Source: an uncultured Planctomycetia bacterium
GTDB taxonomy: Bacteria > Omnitrophota > Gorgyraeia > Tantalellales > Tantalellaceae
Reading direction: 5' to 3'
Assembly (NCBI GenBank): GCA_964565425.1
Contig: CAZMEZ010000003.1
Location: 18,991 to 82,990 of the forward strand
Length of the DNA stretch: 64,000 bases
This document shows positions 30,512 to 39,847 of the stretch, piece by piece. A model generated the notes under the pieces. That model worked only from the letters and a program-made list of their open reading frames with translations. It ran no database searches and was not told where the DNA came from. Within the stretch, counting starts at the first letter, position 1. Every line of letters starts with the position of its first letter. Both the position numbers and the translations under genes were made by a program.

Positions 30512-30612
30512 GCTTTTACGGCTGGTTTTTCATGATGGTATCCTGGTCATTGATCGGCGCCCTTGTCGTTTTTTGTTTCGTTAAGATATTCCGGAAAAAA
30601 ACCGTAGATTAA
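30508..30612 (+). CDS. Putative MetS-like small subunit of the NSS transporter (34 aa)
   Basis: MSFYGWFFMMVSWSLIGALVVFCFVKIFRKKTVD; GGAGGG RBS; ATGA overlap; single TM helix. Confidence 0.75.
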   Translation: MSFYGWFFMMVSWSLIGALVVFCFVKIFRKKTVD

Positions 30613-30802
30613 GTCTGTCCCGGGGAAATTGGTTTTTACGTTTTTCACCGGGGACTGCCGTTTTTTCTCAAAAGATCGCCCTCGCCAGTTAATATTAAGA
30701 TTGTTTTTGCTTTTTACGGGATAATGATATATTATTGTTACAGAGGTATTACAATAATAATAATATATTCTTGTTCATTTGCGCAAAAACAAGGAGGCGC
30801 TA

Positions 30803-31036
30803 ATGGAAAAAGATGTATTTGTATTCGAGAAGAACAAATACCAGGATGTAAAGGTTCGCATATCCGAGTATCAGGGCAATGACGTCATTGATATGCGGAT
30901 ATGGACACAGCCTCCTCAGGGCGAAGAAAAGGTTCCCACGGGAAAAGGGATAAACATAAATGTGAGACTTTTCCCGAAGCTCAAGGAAGCCGTCGAAAAA
31001 CTCGAAAAAGAGCTTAAAGATAGTAACATGATCTGA
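30803..31036 (+). CDS. PC4/YdbC-like ssDNA-binding protein
   Basis: VRISEYQG..VIDMRIW...PTGKGI; AAGGAGG RBS. Confidence 0.85.
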   Translation: MEKDVFVFEKNKYQDVKVRISEYQGNDVIDMRIWTQPPQGEEKVPTGKGININVRLFPKLKEAVEKLEKELKDSNMI

Positions 31037-31119
31037 CATCCCCGCGGGACATCAGATCGTTCCTCCCCGGAAAATAGGCGACCCGAAGGATCGGGTCGCG
31101 CGTGGCAGGCGATGCTGAT

Positions 31120-31566
31120 ATGACTGGAGAGATCCCCAAAGAAAAAAGGCGATACATCAGGCACCTTCTCGTGAATCCCCTTGAATTCAAGGTCGAAGAG
31201 GGGGGTCAATACGAAAAGACAAGAACGGTCGACGTGAGCGAGGGCGGACTCATGTTCCTCGCGAAAACCAAAGTGGAGAACGGCGCGTTCATACAGCTCC
31301 AGATGCCGCTGTATGACAAGGTTTTCAAGATAAAGGCGAAGGTCGTGCATACCGAGAAAGACGAGGGCTCCGGACTTTTAAGAGTGGGTGTCGCTTTTGT
31401 CAATTATGCCGACGCATTCAAGGTAAAACTCATCGAACAGATCTATCTTATTGAGGAATACCGCGTCCTCAGGTCGCTCCAGACCGGGAAAGAAATGACC
31501 CTCCAGGACGCTTCCAAGGAATGGATCAAGCGTTATTCCGAACGCTTCGAAAAACTCTACTGGTAG
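31120..31566 (+). CDS. PilZ domain protein
   Basis: RRYIR (RxxxR) and DVSEGG (D/NxSxxG) c-di-GMP motifs, GVAF. Confidence 0.87.
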   Translation: MTGEIPKEKRRYIRHLLVNPLEFKVEEGGQYEKTRTVDVSEGGLMFLAKTKVENGAFIQLQMPLYDKVFKIKAKVVHTEKDEGSGLLRVGVAFVNYADAFKVKLIEQIYLIEEYRVLRSLQTGKEMTLQDASKEWIKRYSERFEKLYW

Positions 31567-31579
31567 TTCTTCCAAATAT

Positions 31580-31715
31580 CAGACTCCAGACAGACTCAAG
31601 GATTAAAACACAAGGTCTTTGTTCGGATTTTGTGTCATGTTTTATGATTGCATCACATAACACGTGACGCATAACACAATACTTCATCACTCATCGCTGG
31701 ACTAATCATTTCACG
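31580..31715. repeat. Degenerate 7-mer arrays (GTGTCAT / ATAACAC family)
   Basis: TGTGTCATGTTTTATG ... CATCACATAACACGTGACGCATAACAC. Confidence 0.6.
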
Positions 31716-31809
31716 CTTCTGAATTTCCCCCAATATCCGGTATATTTTTTAAAAACAGGGGGTATATGCTGTGGACTTTCTAAAATTATTTAAAAAGTGA
31801 ATTTGACCG

Positions 31810-31872
31810 TTGACAATATATGTGGAGTGGGGTATACTTTGATTCAAGTGGAATGAAGTGGAGGGAAGTGGA
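31810..31872 (+). promoter_or_regulatory. dcw promoter with MraZ-binding repeats
   Basis: TTGACA (31810), 17 bp spacer, TATACT (31833); AAGTGGA at 31846, 31856 and 31866 (10-bp period). Confidence 0.8.
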
Positions 31873-32313
31873 GTGTTTTACGGAGAATATTCACATAGGC
31901 TCGATAAAAAGAACCGCCTGATCATCCCGGCGGATTTCCGCGGGATCATCACGGACAAGGGGATCGAAGCGTTTTATCTGAACCGCGGACTGGACGAATG
32001 TCTTTTCATGTTCCCCGAGAGCGAATGGAAGACGCAGGAAGCCAAGTTCAAGGAGATGTCGTTCACAAAAAGAGAAGTAAGAAAGTTCAGCCGCATGTTC
32101 TTTGCCGGTGCCGTTGAGGTAGCGCCCGACAAGCAATGGAGGATACTGATACCCGATTATCTGAAGGAATACGCTAAGCTGAAAAGGAACATAATCATAA
32201 TAGGTGTTTCCAGTCGCATCGAGATCTGGGACAAGGACAAATGGGAAGAGTTCTACAGGTCCTCGAAAGAAAATTATGAGGAGATAGCCGAAAGGCTTAT
32301 AACCGACATATAA
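31873..32313 (+). CDS. mraZ: Division/cell wall cluster repressor MraZ
   Basis: F.GEY.H.LDKKNRL.IP, DKQWRILIP, IEIWD. Confidence 0.95.
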   Translation: MFYGEYSHRLDKKNRLIIPADFRGIITDKGIEAFYLNRGLDECLFMFPESEWKTQEAKFKEMSFTKREVRKFSRMFFAGAVEVAPDKQWRILIPDYLKEYAKLKRNIIIIGVSSRIEIWDKDKWEEFYRSSKENYEEIAERLITDI

Positions 32314-32335
32314 CGGTTGAAACCGGGGGGTCAAT

Positions 32336-32527
32336 ATGTATAGGAGATACGCGCTGAAGTTCAACAAGAAACAGGTAGAGTTCATAAATTGCATCAATAT
32401 GGTCGAAAGGATCAGGAAGGCAAGAGCCCTTCCTGAGGGGATCGCGCATCTCGGCGTCAAGCAATATGCCGTCTCTTCGACGGGTCTGGGAAAAAAGACC
32501 TATTTTACGGTAAGGGATTGTGAATAA
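32336..32527 (+). CDS. Small hypothetical protein (63 aa)
   Basis: G-rich RBS; co-directional within the dcw operon; no recognised motif. Confidence 0.5.
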   Translation: MYRRYALKFNKKQVEFINCINMVERIRKARALPEGIAHLGVKQYAVSSTGLGKKTYFTVRDCE

Positions 32528-32595
32528 GAACGTGATGGCGGGTATAGCGCGCCGGAGCGGGCGCGGCATTCAAATTTAAAGGGTGGAGGTCCGCC

Positions 32596-32778
32596 ATGAG
32601 GAAATACCTGCAGGCATGTGAGATCGGCGGTTCGATATACGGGAAACACCGTGAGATCCCCCAAAAAAGGGTTTCCGGAACGCGCCGGAATAGCAGAGAA
32701 GGAGCCGTAGCGTCTTATCACGCGTTTTATAAAAGCCAAGTCGACGCCTTGTACAAGGTTTTCAGGCGCGACGGCTGA
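32596..32778 (+). CDS. Small hypothetical protein (60 aa)
   Basis: GGAGGT RBS; ends 19 bp before rsmH. Confidence 0.5.
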   Translation: MRKYLQACEIGGSIYGKHREIPQKRVSGTRRNSREGAVASYHAFYKSQVDALYKVFRRDG

Positions 32779-32797
32779 ATGAGGAAAGGATATCCCC

Positions 32798-33682
32798 TTG
32801 CATCTTCCGGTTCTTTTGAACGAGGTGATAGAGAACCTTAAACTTGAGGCGGGAGATGTGATCCTCGACGGGACTTTGGGTGGCGGAGGACATTCGTTCG
32901 AGATCCTCCGGCGGATAGTTCCGGGAGGAAGGTTGATCGGGGTAGACAGGGACCCGGAAGCGGTCGAGAGGGCGCGAAAGGCCCTCGAAAGCTATGCCGG
33001 GAACACAGAACTGATCAATGATAATTTCCGCGCCATCGATCTGATATTGAAAAAGGCAGGGGAAGAAAGGATCGACGGCGCGCTATTCGACCTGGGGATA
33101 TCCTCTTTTCAGATCGACGAAGGCGAAAGGGGTTTCAGTTTTTTGCGGGACGGCCCTTTGGATATGAGATTCGATGCCGGCGGGGAGATCTCGGCAAGGG
33201 ATGTCGTGAACGGTTTCGGGGAAGAAGAGATAGCCGATATTATAAGGGACTACGGAGAGGAAAGACACGCCAAACTTGTGGCCAGAGCCATTTGCTCCGA
33301 GAGGAAGCGAAAAAGGATAGATACCACCGGCGACCTTGTTGATGTTATACACAGGGCGGTAGGCAGGAAATATACCCGGCAGCGCATACATCCGGCGGCC
33401 AGAACGTTCCAGGCGCTGAGGATCTTTGTCAACGACGAGCTTGGGTCGGTAGAGAATGGTATAAGGAAAACGATAACATATCTAAATCCGGGGGCCAGGA
33501 TATGCGTTATCTCTTTCCATTCTCTTGAGGACAGGATCGTAAAGAATATTTACAGGGCAGAGGCGGGAGCAGGCACCCTGGCGATAATAAATAAAAAGCC
33601 GATACGCCCCGGCGGGGATGAAGTGCGGAAGAACCCGAGATCGAGAAGCGCAAAGCTTCGGGTGGCAGAAAGGGTAAAATGA
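32798..33682 (+). CDS. rsmH: 16S rRNA m4C1402 methyltransferase
   Basis: H.PVLL.E, DGTLGGGGHS, DLGISS.Q.D, RGFSF, FQALRI.VN.E, SFHSLEDR, NPRSRSAKLR. Confidence 0.97.
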   Translation: MHLPVLLNEVIENLKLEAGDVILDGTLGGGGHSFEILRRIVPGGRLIGVDRDPEAVERARKALESYAGNTELINDNFRAIDLILKKAGEERIDGALFDLGISSFQIDEGERGFSFLRDGPLDMRFDAGGEISARDVVNGFGEEEIADIIRDYGEERHAKLVARAICSERKRKRIDTTGDLVDVIHRAVGRKYTRQRIHPAARTFQALRIFVNDELGSVENGIRKTITYLNPGARICVISFHSLEDRIVKNIYRAEAGAGTLAIINKKPIRPGGDEVRKNPRSRSAKLRVAERVK

Positions 33683-34041
33683 TATTGTACAGGTGGATAT
33701 TAACGGGGATATTGATAACGGTAATGGCGGGCGGCTATGTCCACCAAAAGGTCGAGATCGTGAAGGCGGGATATGCCATTCAGAAAAGCAGGAAGCACCT
33801 CTCGTATCTCGTTGACCAGAATTCCAAGTTGACGTATAATCTATCCAAGCTCGAATCTCCCAGAAATCTGCTTACCTCGATGGACGGAGAGCAAGTGAAA
33901 TTCGCCAACCACAGGGTGAAACGTCCGGAAAGCTTCCAGATCGCCCAGGCCGATCTTGATGATGGCGGTGCCAACAGTGGTTTTGTCGGCAGGATCCTAG
34001 ATCTCTTTACCGTGAGCGCCGAAGCAAGACCCCGTAAATAA
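33679..34041 (+). CDS. ftsL: FtsL-like cell division protein
   Basis: Position between rsmH and ftsI; TM helix plus coiled coil ending L.SP. Confidence 0.65.
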   Translation: MILYRWILTGILITVMAGGYVHQKVEIVKAGYAIQKSRKHLSYLVDQNSKLTYNLSKLESPRNLLTSMDGEQVKFANHRVKRPESFQIAQADLDDGGANSGFVGRILDLFTVSAEARPRK

Positions 34042-34065
34042 CGCGTGTAACTTTTGAGAGGCACA

Positions 34066-35763
34066 ATGTCAAGAGCGCGCCAGTATTCGGTGTTTTTCTT
34101 TTTTATCATTCTCCTTGTGCTCCTTTTCTACCGGCTTTTCTACCTCCAGGTCCTGAATTACGAGAGATTTTCCTCAATAGCGTCGGGCCAGCATAACAAG
34201 GTGCTCAAGATAGAGCCCCGAAGAGGCACTATTTACGACAGGTACATGGAGCCGCTTGCGATCAACCTTGACGTCCCCAGCGTTTACTGTGACCCCAGGA
34301 GCGTCAGGGACAAAGAACGTACCGCGGACACATTGGCCGGGATCCTCGGCATTGACAGGGACGGTCTTCTGGAGAAGCTTAACAAGGATAAGGCTTTCGT
34401 CTGGGCAAAGCGCAAAATAGACGCGGACACTGCCGGGAAGATCAAGAAAGCCGACCTGGAGGGCGTGTTCTTCATGACCGAAAGCAGAAGGAACTATCCC
34501 AGTGACAACCTGGCGGCACACGTCATAGGTTTTGTGGGCGTGGATAACGTCGGCCTTGAGGGGATAGAGACCGAATATGACGAGAAGCTGAAAGGCAAGT
34601 TCGGCTGGAGGCATCTTGTCAGGGACGCGAAACGAAGAACGGTTCTTTATAATGATAAAGATTCGATCCCGGCACAGAACGGATATAATATCGTACTCAC
34701 TATCGACGGGGTGATACAGTGCATAGTTGAGGAAGAGATCCGTGAAATGGCCAGAAGGCATAACGCCGCGAGCGCTTCGATCATCGTCATGGACCCCGGT
34801 ACGGGGGAGATCCTGGCTATGGCGAACTACCCGGATTACGATCTCAATTCATTTTCGGAGGCGCCGAGAGAGGTAATGAAGAACACGTCGATCTCAAACG
34901 TGTATGAGCCCGGGAGCGTATTCAAGATAGTAACCGCCTGCGCCGCTCTGAACGAAAGGGTGGTGGGGCTGGAAGACATGTTCGATTGCGAAAAAGGTGA
35001 ATATAGCGTGGGAGGCAGGGTTCTGCATGATTTTCACAGGTACGGGAACCTGCCCTTCGCCGATATTATCGCAAAGTCCAGTAATATAGGGGTCGTAAAG
35101 GTGGCCCAGATGCTCGGGGAGGAAAGGCTGTTCGCTTACATGCAGATGTTCGGTTTCGGAGAGAAGACGGGGATCGATCTTCCGGGGGAAGTGAACGGCA
35201 TAACAAGACCGCCGACCGAGTGGTCGCGCAGCGATATTTCCACGATACCCATAGGGCAAGGAGTCGCCGTAACGCCGCTTCAGATGATATGCGCCGTCAA
35301 TGTGATCGCGAACGGCGGATATCTCATGAAACCGCATGTTGTCGACAGAATAACCACCTGGGAAGGGGAGACATGCAAGGAATTCAGGCCAGGCCTGAAG
35401 CGCCGCGTGCTGAACAAGGAAACATCCGAAAGGATGAAGGAGGCGATGGCCCGCGTGGTTACGGACGGGACGGGAAAGCGCGCGGAATCGAAGCTTTACG
35501 AAGTATGCGGTAAAACCGGAACCGCGCAGATGGTGAAGCCGGGAGGCGGGTATTATGACGATAAATATTACGCGACCTTTGTAGGTTTCGCGCCGAGAGA
35601 GCGACCCGTTATAAGTGTTATAGTGGCCGCCAGGGATCCCCATCCCGTTCATTTCGGCGGGACCGTGGCCGGCCCTGTTTTCAAAAAGATAACGGAAAGG
35701 GCTCTGCAATATCTGGGATCCAATAGCAAAAAAGCCAAAAGAGCGGAAACTTTTTATGAGTGA
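34066..35763 (+). CDS. ftsI: Class B penicillin-binding protein FtsI/PBP3
   Basis: RG.IYDR, EPGSVFK (SxxK), SSN, KTGTAQ; dcw position. Confidence 0.93.
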   Translation: MSRARQYSVFFFFIILLVLLFYRLFYLQVLNYERFSSIASGQHNKVLKIEPRRGTIYDRYMEPLAINLDVPSVYCDPRSVRDKERTADTLAGILGIDRDGLLEKLNKDKAFVWAKRKIDADTAGKIKKADLEGVFFMTESRRNYPSDNLAAHVIGFVGVDNVGLEGIETEYDEKLKGKFGWRHLVRDAKRRTVLYNDKDSIPAQNGYNIVLTIDGVIQCIVEEEIREMARRHNAASASIIVMDPGTGEILAMANYPDYDLNSFSEAPREVMKNTSISNVYEPGSVFKIVTACAALNERVVGLEDMFDCEKGEYSVGGRVLHDFHRYGNLPFADIIAKSSNIGVVKVAQMLGEERLFAYMQMFGFGEKTGIDLPGEVNGITRPPTEWSRSDISTIPIGQGVAVTPLQMICAVNVIANGGYLMKPHVVDRITTWEGETCKEFRPGLKRRVLNKETSERMKEAMARVVTDGTGKRAESKLYEVCGKTGTAQMVKPGGGYYDDKYYATFVGFAPRERPVISVIVAARDPHPVHFGGTVAGPVFKKITERALQYLGSNSKKAKRAETFYE

Positions 35764-37213
35764 AACGCTTGATCGTTTAATGGAAAAGGGCTTGTTGAGC
35801 GGGGCAAACGTCAGGACCGATTCCCGCCAGGTAAGACGTGGTGATGTTTTCGTGGCCGTGAAAGGGGCTGAACAGGACGGACATGGATACATAAAGGAGG
35901 CGTTCGGCAAGGGGGCGTCTTACGTTTTGTGTCAGAGACGGGTGGATGGATTAGCGGGAGACGAGGTCGAAAGGACCGTGGTGGTGCCGGATACCCGGGA
36001 AGCGATCGCAAAAATAGCGAAAAAGGTATTCGATGATCCTTCGGGTTCGCTCATGGTTTACGGCGTGACCGGCACGAACGGTAAAACGACCACGGTTTTC
36101 TTGATAGACGGTATCCTGAATAACGCCGGCAGGCCGAGCGGCCTGGTCAGCACCGTTTTTGCCAAGACCTCCGGAAAAGACCTGGTACGCTCGACAATGA
36201 CAACCCCTGACGCGATCAGTTTGAACCGCATGCTTGCGGAGATGGTCAAAAACGGCAAAAAGGCCGCGGTCATAGAGATGTCCAGCCACGCCCTCGACCA
36301 GAAAAGGACATGGGGGATAATGCTCGAGAGCGCGGTTTTTACCAATATCACCCCGGAACACCTCGATTATCACGGTGATATGGCGACCTATCTGATCGAT
36401 AAATCAAAGATATTCAATAACCTTAAACCCGGAGGCGCTCCGGTGCTTAACGCCGACGACCCTATGGTCGCGGGGATCATGGAAACCATGAAGTTCTCCA
36501 GGGTCGTTACTTTCGGGATAAAGGAGAAAGATGCCGATGTGAGGGCGGAGGGCGTAGAATTGTCCTCCGAAGGAACGGGGTTCGATCTCGTTGTAAGCGG
36601 GGAGGGCTCCGTTCATATCCGGACAGTGTTCATAGGCGAGCACAATATTTACAACATGCTGGCGGCTTCGGCGGCCCTTTTGAACGACGGGATCGGGTTG
36701 GATGGGATCAAGCTGGGGTTGGAGGCCGCCAGGCCCGTGCCGGGACGTTTGGACGCGGTGGCATCAGCGGCACCTTTCCGTGTGTTCGTGGATTACGCGC
36801 ATACGCCCAATGCCCTGGAGAACGTTCTTCGCTGCACGCGTTTTCTAGCGAAGAACCGCCTGATATGCGTCTTCGGCTGCGGAGGCGACAGGGACAGGAC
36901 GAAAAGGCCGGTCATGGGGAAGATAGCTGCCGATATATGCGACAGGGTGATATTGACAAGCGACAACCCAAGGACGGAGGATCCGGGTAGCATACTTCGA
37001 CAGATCGAAAAGGGTGTGCTTAATAAGAGCAACTATAGTATAATACCACAAAGACGCGAAGCCATAAGAGAGGCCCTGAAAGCCGCTAAAGACGGGGATA
37101 TCGTGGTGATAGCCGGCAAAGGGCACGAGGATTATCAGATAGTCGGGGACAAGGTCCTTCATTTTGACGACAAGGAAGTAGCCGGAGAAATACTCAGGGA
37201 CATGGGATATTAA
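35756..37213 (+). CDS. murE: UDP-MurNAc-tripeptide synthetase (meso-DAP type)
   Basis: GVTGTNGKTT, EMSSH, DYAHTP, FGCGGDRD, DNPR, GKGHE. Confidence 0.96.
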   Translation: MSETLDRLMEKGLLSGANVRTDSRQVRRGDVFVAVKGAEQDGHGYIKEAFGKGASYVLCQRRVDGLAGDEVERTVVVPDTREAIAKIAKKVFDDPSGSLMVYGVTGTNGKTTTVFLIDGILNNAGRPSGLVSTVFAKTSGKDLVRSTMTTPDAISLNRMLAEMVKNGKKAAVIEMSSHALDQKRTWGIMLESAVFTNITPEHLDYHGDMATYLIDKSKIFNNLKPGGAPVLNADDPMVAGIMETMKFSRVVTFGIKEKDADVRAEGVELSSEGTGFDLVVSGEGSVHIRTVFIGEHNIYNMLAASAALLNDGIGLDGIKLGLEAARPVPGRLDAVASAAPFRVFVDYAHTPNALENVLRCTRFLAKNRLICVFGCGGDRDRTKRPVMGKIAADICDRVILTSDNPRTEDPGSILRQIEKGVLNKSNYSIIPQRREAIREALKAAKDGDIVVIAGKGHEDYQIVGDKVLHFDDKEVAGEILRDMGY

Positions 37214-38640
37214 TGCAAGCGGCAGGCCGGGAACTTGAGGCTGCAGATCAAAATATAAGTAAGATGGTACATATAACACCGAAAGATATCGCGAAGATAA
37301 CCGGAGGAAGACTGGTCTCAGGAAAGGAAGGCGTCCCCGTAACCGGGTTCTCGATAGATTCGAGAACGATATCTCCGGGGGATATATTTATAGCCGTAAA
37401 GGGAAGGCATTTCGACGGGCATGATTTTATCGGGGAAGCCCTGAGAAAGGGCGCGTCCGGTTTGCTTTTGCGGAAGGATCCGGGAAAAAGTATCCGGGGG
37501 AAAGCGTCGCATGTCATATCGGTGGACGATACCCGGGAAGCGATGGGCGCTATAGCGTCCTGGATAAGAAAGCGGGTGGATATACCCGTTGTTTGCATAA
37601 CGGGGACGAATGGTAAAACAACGGTCAAAGACCTGCTCTCGCACGCGCTTGCTTCCCGTTACAAGGTGCTGAGCAGCAGAAGATCTTACAACAACATCAT
37701 CGGCCTCAGTCTTACGCTTTTCGATCTTGACCCCTCGCATGAAGTGGCGGTACTTGAATTGGGGACCAACCACCCGGGAGAGATACCGAAACTCGCCGGT
37801 ATAGCCGGACCGAATATCGCCGTAATAACAAATATCGGAGACGGTCATCTGGAGGCGTTCGAGGACAGGAAGGGGGTCTTCGTGGAAAAGATCAGTTTGT
37901 TGGAATTCCTGCCCGAGGAGGGCATGGTCTTTCTCAATAAGGACGACAGCTTGTTGTCAAGGTCATCGGTCAGGGGCGTTACCCGGAAATTTTACGGTAT
38001 TTCGCGCGGATCGGATTTTCTTATCTCGCATATCTCCAGGAAGGAGAACGGATATGAGTTTAGCCTCAACGGCGAAAGGTATTTTACTCCCCTGGAGGGG
38101 GAGCATAATGTACATAACGCGGCGGTATCGGCGGCGGTAGCGGGATATTTCGGGATGTCTCCGGAGGAGATACGGGTAAGCTTTAAGACCGTTTCCCCGC
38201 CCGCGATGCGGGTGGAGAAGGTCAAGGTCGAAGAGATAACGTTCATAAATGATTCATACAACGCCAATCCGGATTCGTTCGAGCGCGCTCTTGATGTGCT
38301 CGAGTCGGTTTCCGGGAGTTGTGTTAAGGGGGTTGTTGCCGGGGACATGATGGAGCTCGGCGGAAGATCCGACGAGTTTCACAGGATGATCGGCAGAAGT
38401 ATCCGGGAAAGGGGCATCGATTTCCTGATAACACTGGGCGATAGGGCATGGCACATGGCCGAAGGGGCTCTTGATTCAGGCATGGTTGCGTCGAAAGTGA
38501 TGCGCGCCCATACCCATGAGGATGCCGCGGAAATTGTCCGGAAAATGGCCGGGCCCGGGACAGTGGTGTTGCTGAAAGGCTCAAGAGAAGCAAGAATGGA
38601 GGAAGTGCTCAAGTGTTTTACCATCTTTTGTACCCATTAA
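37213..38640 (+). CDS. murF: UDP-MurNAc-pentapeptide synthetase
   Basis: DSR, FDGHDF, TGTNGKTT, ELG.NHPGEI, DSYNANP, GDM.ELG, KGSR; true start may be ATG 37264. Confidence 0.95.
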   Translation: MQAAGRELEAADQNISKMVHITPKDIAKITGGRLVSGKEGVPVTGFSIDSRTISPGDIFIAVKGRHFDGHDFIGEALRKGASGLLLRKDPGKSIRGKASHVISVDDTREAMGAIASWIRKRVDIPVVCITGTNGKTTVKDLLSHALASRYKVLSSRRSYNNIIGLSLTLFDLDPSHEVAVLELGTNHPGEIPKLAGIAGPNIAVITNIGDGHLEAFEDRKGVFVEKISLLEFLPEEGMVFLNKDDSLLSRSSVRGVTRKFYGISRGSDFLISHISRKENGYEFSLNGERYFTPLEGEHNVHNAAVSAAVAGYFGMSPEEIRVSFKTVSPPAMRVEKVKVEEITFINDSYNANPDSFERALDVLESVSGSCVKGVVAGDMMELGGRSDEFHRMIGRSIRERGIDFLITLGDRAWHMAEGALDSGMVASKVMRAHTHEDAAEIVRKMAGPGTVVLLKGSREARMEEVLKCFTIFCTH

Positions 38641-39701
38641 AGGAGTACTGGTTCGGGTTTAACGTTTTTCGTTACATAACGTTCAGGGCCAGCATGGCGG
38701 CCGTGATGTCGTTCGTTGTCTGTCTGATATTGGGGCCGTTCATCGTAAAGTTGCTGAAGAGCCTGGACGCCGGCCTGTACGTGTGGAAAAAGCACGCCGA
38801 CAGCCTGTATGACATCCATAAGCACAAAGAGGGAACGCCTACAATGGGGGGGCTTTTGATAATCGTGGCGGTTCTCGTTTCGTCGCTTTTATGGTGCCGC
38901 CTGGATAACGACTACGTGTTATTGGCGCTGGGCGGTATGGTATGGCTCGGCGTGATCGGCTTCATGGACGACATTATCAAAATACGGACCAAGAGCGCCA
39001 TGGGGATACGGGCCATGACAAAGCTTGGCGGACAGGTGCTGCTTGCTCTGATAGTGGGCCTTTTCGTGATAAACAATAAAGCCATAGGGGCTGACCTGTA
39101 TCTTCCGTTCGTAAAGAACGCGGTTGTCAACCTCGGTGTTTTTTATGTGCTTTTTGTGCTGCTCGTGATAGTGGGGACAAGTAACGCCGTAAATCTCACC
39201 GATGGTCTTGACGGGCTGGCTATAGGTTGTGTGGTGTTCATTACGCTTACATACGCGGTCATTAGCTACGTTACGGGCAATGCGGTGATAAGCCGCTATC
39301 TCCAGGTTTTTTATCTTCCCGGTTCGGGCGAACTTACCGTTTTTTGCGCGGCGCTTACCGGGGCCGCGCTCGGTTTCCTTTGGTTCAATAGCCATCCCGC
39401 CACCATCTTCATGGGGGATACCGGGTCTTTGGCGCTGGGTGGAGCGATCGCTATCGTAAGCGTGCTTATCAAGAAAGAAATACTTCTTTTGCTGGCCGGG
39501 GGAGTGCTCGTGGTCGAAGCGCTTTCGGTGATACTCCAGGTAGCGTCGTTCAAGTTAAGAAAAAAGCGCCTTTTTCTTATGTCGCCCATACATCATCATT
39601 TCCAGATCAAAGGGATGTACGAGTCGAAGATCACGGTGCGTTTTTGGATAATCGCGGCGATCCTCGCGCTCCTCAGTATGACCACGTTGAAGGTGAGGTA
39701 A
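38613..39701 (+). CDS. mraY: Phospho-MurNAc-pentapeptide transferase
   Basis: K.GTPTMGG, NAVNLTDGLDGL, FMGDTGS, PIHHHF. Confidence 0.97.
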   Translation: MFYHLLYPLKEYWFGFNVFRYITFRASMAAVMSFVVCLILGPFIVKLLKSLDAGLYVWKKHADSLYDIHKHKEGTPTMGGLLIIVAVLVSSLLWCRLDNDYVLLALGGMVWLGVIGFMDDIIKIRTKSAMGIRAMTKLGGQVLLALIVGLFVINNKAIGADLYLPFVKNAVVNLGVFYVLFVLLVIVGTSNAVNLTDGLDGLAIGCVVFITLTYAVISYVTGNAVISRYLQVFYLPGSGELTVFCAALTGAALGFLWFNSHPATIFMGDTGSLALGGAIAIVSVLIKKEILLLLAGGVLVVEALSVILQVASFKLRKKRLFLMSPIHHHFQIKGMYESKITVRFWIIAAILALLSMTTLKVR

Positions 39702-39723
39702 GCCCGGGGATTGATGGGTGGGT

Positions 39724-39825
39724 TTCGTCGATCGTCGTTCGAATCTCGGGCCATCGATTAAGTAATATAAAGTGTACACGAAATCCGGACCCCGGACAAC
39801 GAACGACGGTTTACGGTTCACGAAC
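39724..39825. repeat. Inverted TCGTCGT / ACGACGA family arrays
   Basis: TTCGTCGATCGTCGTTCGAA is identical to 50751-50770; right arm CCGGACCCCGGACAACGAACGACGG. Confidence 0.8.
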
Positions 39826-39847
39826 ATGTATCCAAATTCAGTTCACT

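Noticed and set aside
30617-30666. Terminator after the NSS transporter operon
   Set aside because: The stem is imperfect with a long loop and the T tract is offset, so it is too weak to call.
39644-39847. N-terminal extensions in the ORF track for murD, cysK (17908), aroA (57179), the GH113-like gene (13433), yggU (50459) and the ArfB-like gene (28023)
   Set aside because: They run through repeat arrays or terminators; homology and RBS position support later starts.
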